A stretch of 64,000 nt of DNA from Octopus vulgaris (lineage: Eukaryota), in the NCBI GenBank assembly GCA_951406725.2, contig OX597827.1, positions 34,038,001-34,102,000 on the forward strand. The letters run 5' to 3'. Shown piece after piece: positions 61,925 to 64,000 of this stretch (within the stretch, counting starts at the first letter, position 1; every line of letters starts with the position of its first letter). The position numbers and the translations under genes are program-made. The notes below the pieces were generated by a model. The model had not been told where the DNA came from. It worked only from the letters and a program-made list of their open reading frames with translations, and ran no database searches.

Positions 61925-62349
61925 AATAATTCAAAAGAAACGGGTAGTAAACAAACATACGAATATATACTAAATACACAGACCCATTTTTGTTTTGTCT
62001 TGCAGCCCTAAGGCTTTTTTTGCTGTATATGTATTATTTTCATTTTAATTGTTGTCTTCGTGTGGCCCTAACCCTTTATTCTGTTTATTGTTTTGTCCTA
62101 ACCGTCTCGTCTCGAGCCCGTCTTGTCTTGTTATGTTTGGTCCTATTCCAGCAAGTTTCTTTCCGGTGCCTCCAGAGTGGAAGCAATGTTATCGATAGTC
62201 GCCGAAATTGCGCTTTGATCTTCTGGCCAATAACTGAAGAGTAGTTGGTGACCTTCTGTGTTTTCTGTTCGTCTGTGTATTTAATATTATTCATATGTTT
62301 ATTTACTAGACGTTTTCTTGGATTATATATGCATATATAATAAGGATCC

Positions 62350-62945
62350 CTTTTATTTTTGTCGCTGTACTTTACTACATCTATGTATGAAGAATAACGT
62401 GTCGTCCATATATAGACCTCCATTCATTCCTGGAATACGTAGCTGTATCTGGGATAGGATGTAGATTCCGACGAGGTCTGTTGCCAGTGCAGAATCAGAC
62501 GATCCCATTTGGAGTATCGGACCGGTTCCATAGTTTATTATCAAAATCTCCTAGGGTTCTACGCGCGGCTAATATTATGTCAGTTTCGTATCTAGAAAGA
62601 TCAGAAATATTTCTAGCATAGATTAAAGCTTTGTTTAAGAGGATAGGGTTAATGTTGGCGTAATATCACTCGGTGTCTAGTTGAATGAATTTACTGTGTT
62701 TATTAGTATGTAGATAGTTAAACCACCCGATTACATGTTATATGTCGGACCACAGTGCTAAAGTGCTTTTCGATATAAGTTTAGGCATAACTCTATCTAT
62801 TATCGTCTTACTAATCCTCCCAATGTCCGATTTCGAGGGGCAGATTCGTCTAACTGAGGGGACAATCCTAAAATTCAGTTTATAGGATTTCAGTTTTATC
62901 TGAGGTTTCCGTGGTACATAATAATGTTCAGTCCTGTCGTGTAAT
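62350..62945 (-). mobile_element. Penelope-like RT fragment
   Basis: VRRICPSKSDIG, FIQLDTE, QMGSSDSALATDLVG, GGLYMDD. Confidence 0.82.
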
Positions 62946-64000
62946 TTTAGGATATTTGTTTTATATAGTGTGTCAGTTTGTGCATGTCTGTATTTGCCTC
63001 ATAGTTCTGTACATATATATAATGTATGTGTGTATGTAAATATGTGTGTGTGTGAGTATGTACATATATATAGTTACTCCAAACATTAACAAAGAGAAAA
63101 CACAACAACGCAAGGATGTGGAACAAGTATAGTGTTATTGGACGCTCAGGAGAAGGGGAAGAAGAAGAAGAAGAAGAAGAAGAAGAAAGTAAATGAAATA
63201 AAGAAAAATGAATATATATATATAAAGATAAAACTAACAGTAATTGAAAACAGCGGGAAGGAGAGTTAAGTCCATTACGAATGAAGAAATGGAACATTTT
63301 GGAGTGGTCAATCTTGTTGAGTTCTTGTCAAAAGATGACCTGTTGACATGAGGCCATCTATTCAGTTCTCACAGGTAATATGGTGTACACACACACACAC
63401 ACATATGTGGAGACTTTTTGAAGTGATGTATAGATATTGTATATTGAGAATAACAAGGTAGTCAGACTGTTGGATTATTATACATATTTTTATTTGCATT
63501 TTTGGTGACCCGTGTGAAAGGTATCGTGACAGGCACTTTAATTTCCAGCCTTGGTGTGGTGAAATTCCTATTCTTTCACCTAAAAAGGAAGATAAAGGTG
63601 AATGAGTGTCTGTCGTCGGATGTATAAAAGAAAAGATGGAATATTGTAGCAAGAATGGTAGGAGTAAACGTCTCCGATTAAGAGTGTCCTGAAAGTCTTC
63701 CCAAAGGTAGCAGTGGCGGACCGGGGCTTGCGGGGCCGAAAGCAGAACCCGTTCCCCACTTCATTGTTTGTCATTCGAATTTGCATTCTAGATTTTTTAT
63801 TCGTTTTTCCATATTTCCTGTGACTTTATTACCGACCACCATGAATTAATTGCGACTTTTTTTCTAGCCAAAATTGTGACTTTATTACTGGTCCCCATAT
63901 GCCATAATCGGTTATATGTTGCATGACGGCATGGAAATATACTCAGCTGTAGAAACTAAGTTAAATGATACGTTTGAAATTTTGAGGAGCAGAGGCTCCC

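Noticed and set aside
63710-63760. cagtggcgga hAT-like terminus
   Set aside because: No partner TIR or TSD found in the window
63361-63830. Candidate terminal exon of the transporter
   Set aside because: No acceptor gave a convincing TM12/C-terminal peptide; the last exon is probably outside the window

Overview
AT-rich, repeat-saturated eukaryotic genomic DNA. The SINE and microsatellite content looks like a cephalopod (Octopus-like) genome; this is inference. One host gene is supported: a + strand, multi-exon MFS transporter of the SLC16/monocarboxylate-transporter type. Its coding exons are 15918-16110, 33288-33431, 35524-36696 and a probable 51-bp exon at 47354-47404; the terminal exon was not located. 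Almost everything else is transposon-derived: Penelope-like elements (RT + GIY-YIG), two R4/Dong-type LINEs in (TAA)n, RTE, Tx1/L1 and CR1-type LINE pieces, Gypsy integrase/LTRs, Helitron, hAT and piggyBac remnants, tRNA-derived SINEs and very long microsatellites. The main signal not shown by the ORF track is about a dozen hammerhead-ribozyme (HHR) motifs in small non-coding elements embedded in (TA)n. Several occur as fold-back pairs and one as a 463-bp tandem, retrozyme-like unit. Some lie on the sense strand inside introns of the transporter. Also notable are a multi-kb inverted duplication centred on a Penelope element and a MITE with an 8-bp TSD and a TTAGGG core. Most ORFs in the track are microsatellite artefacts. 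Element boundaries were read by eye and are approximate unless a TSD or splice site is cited.
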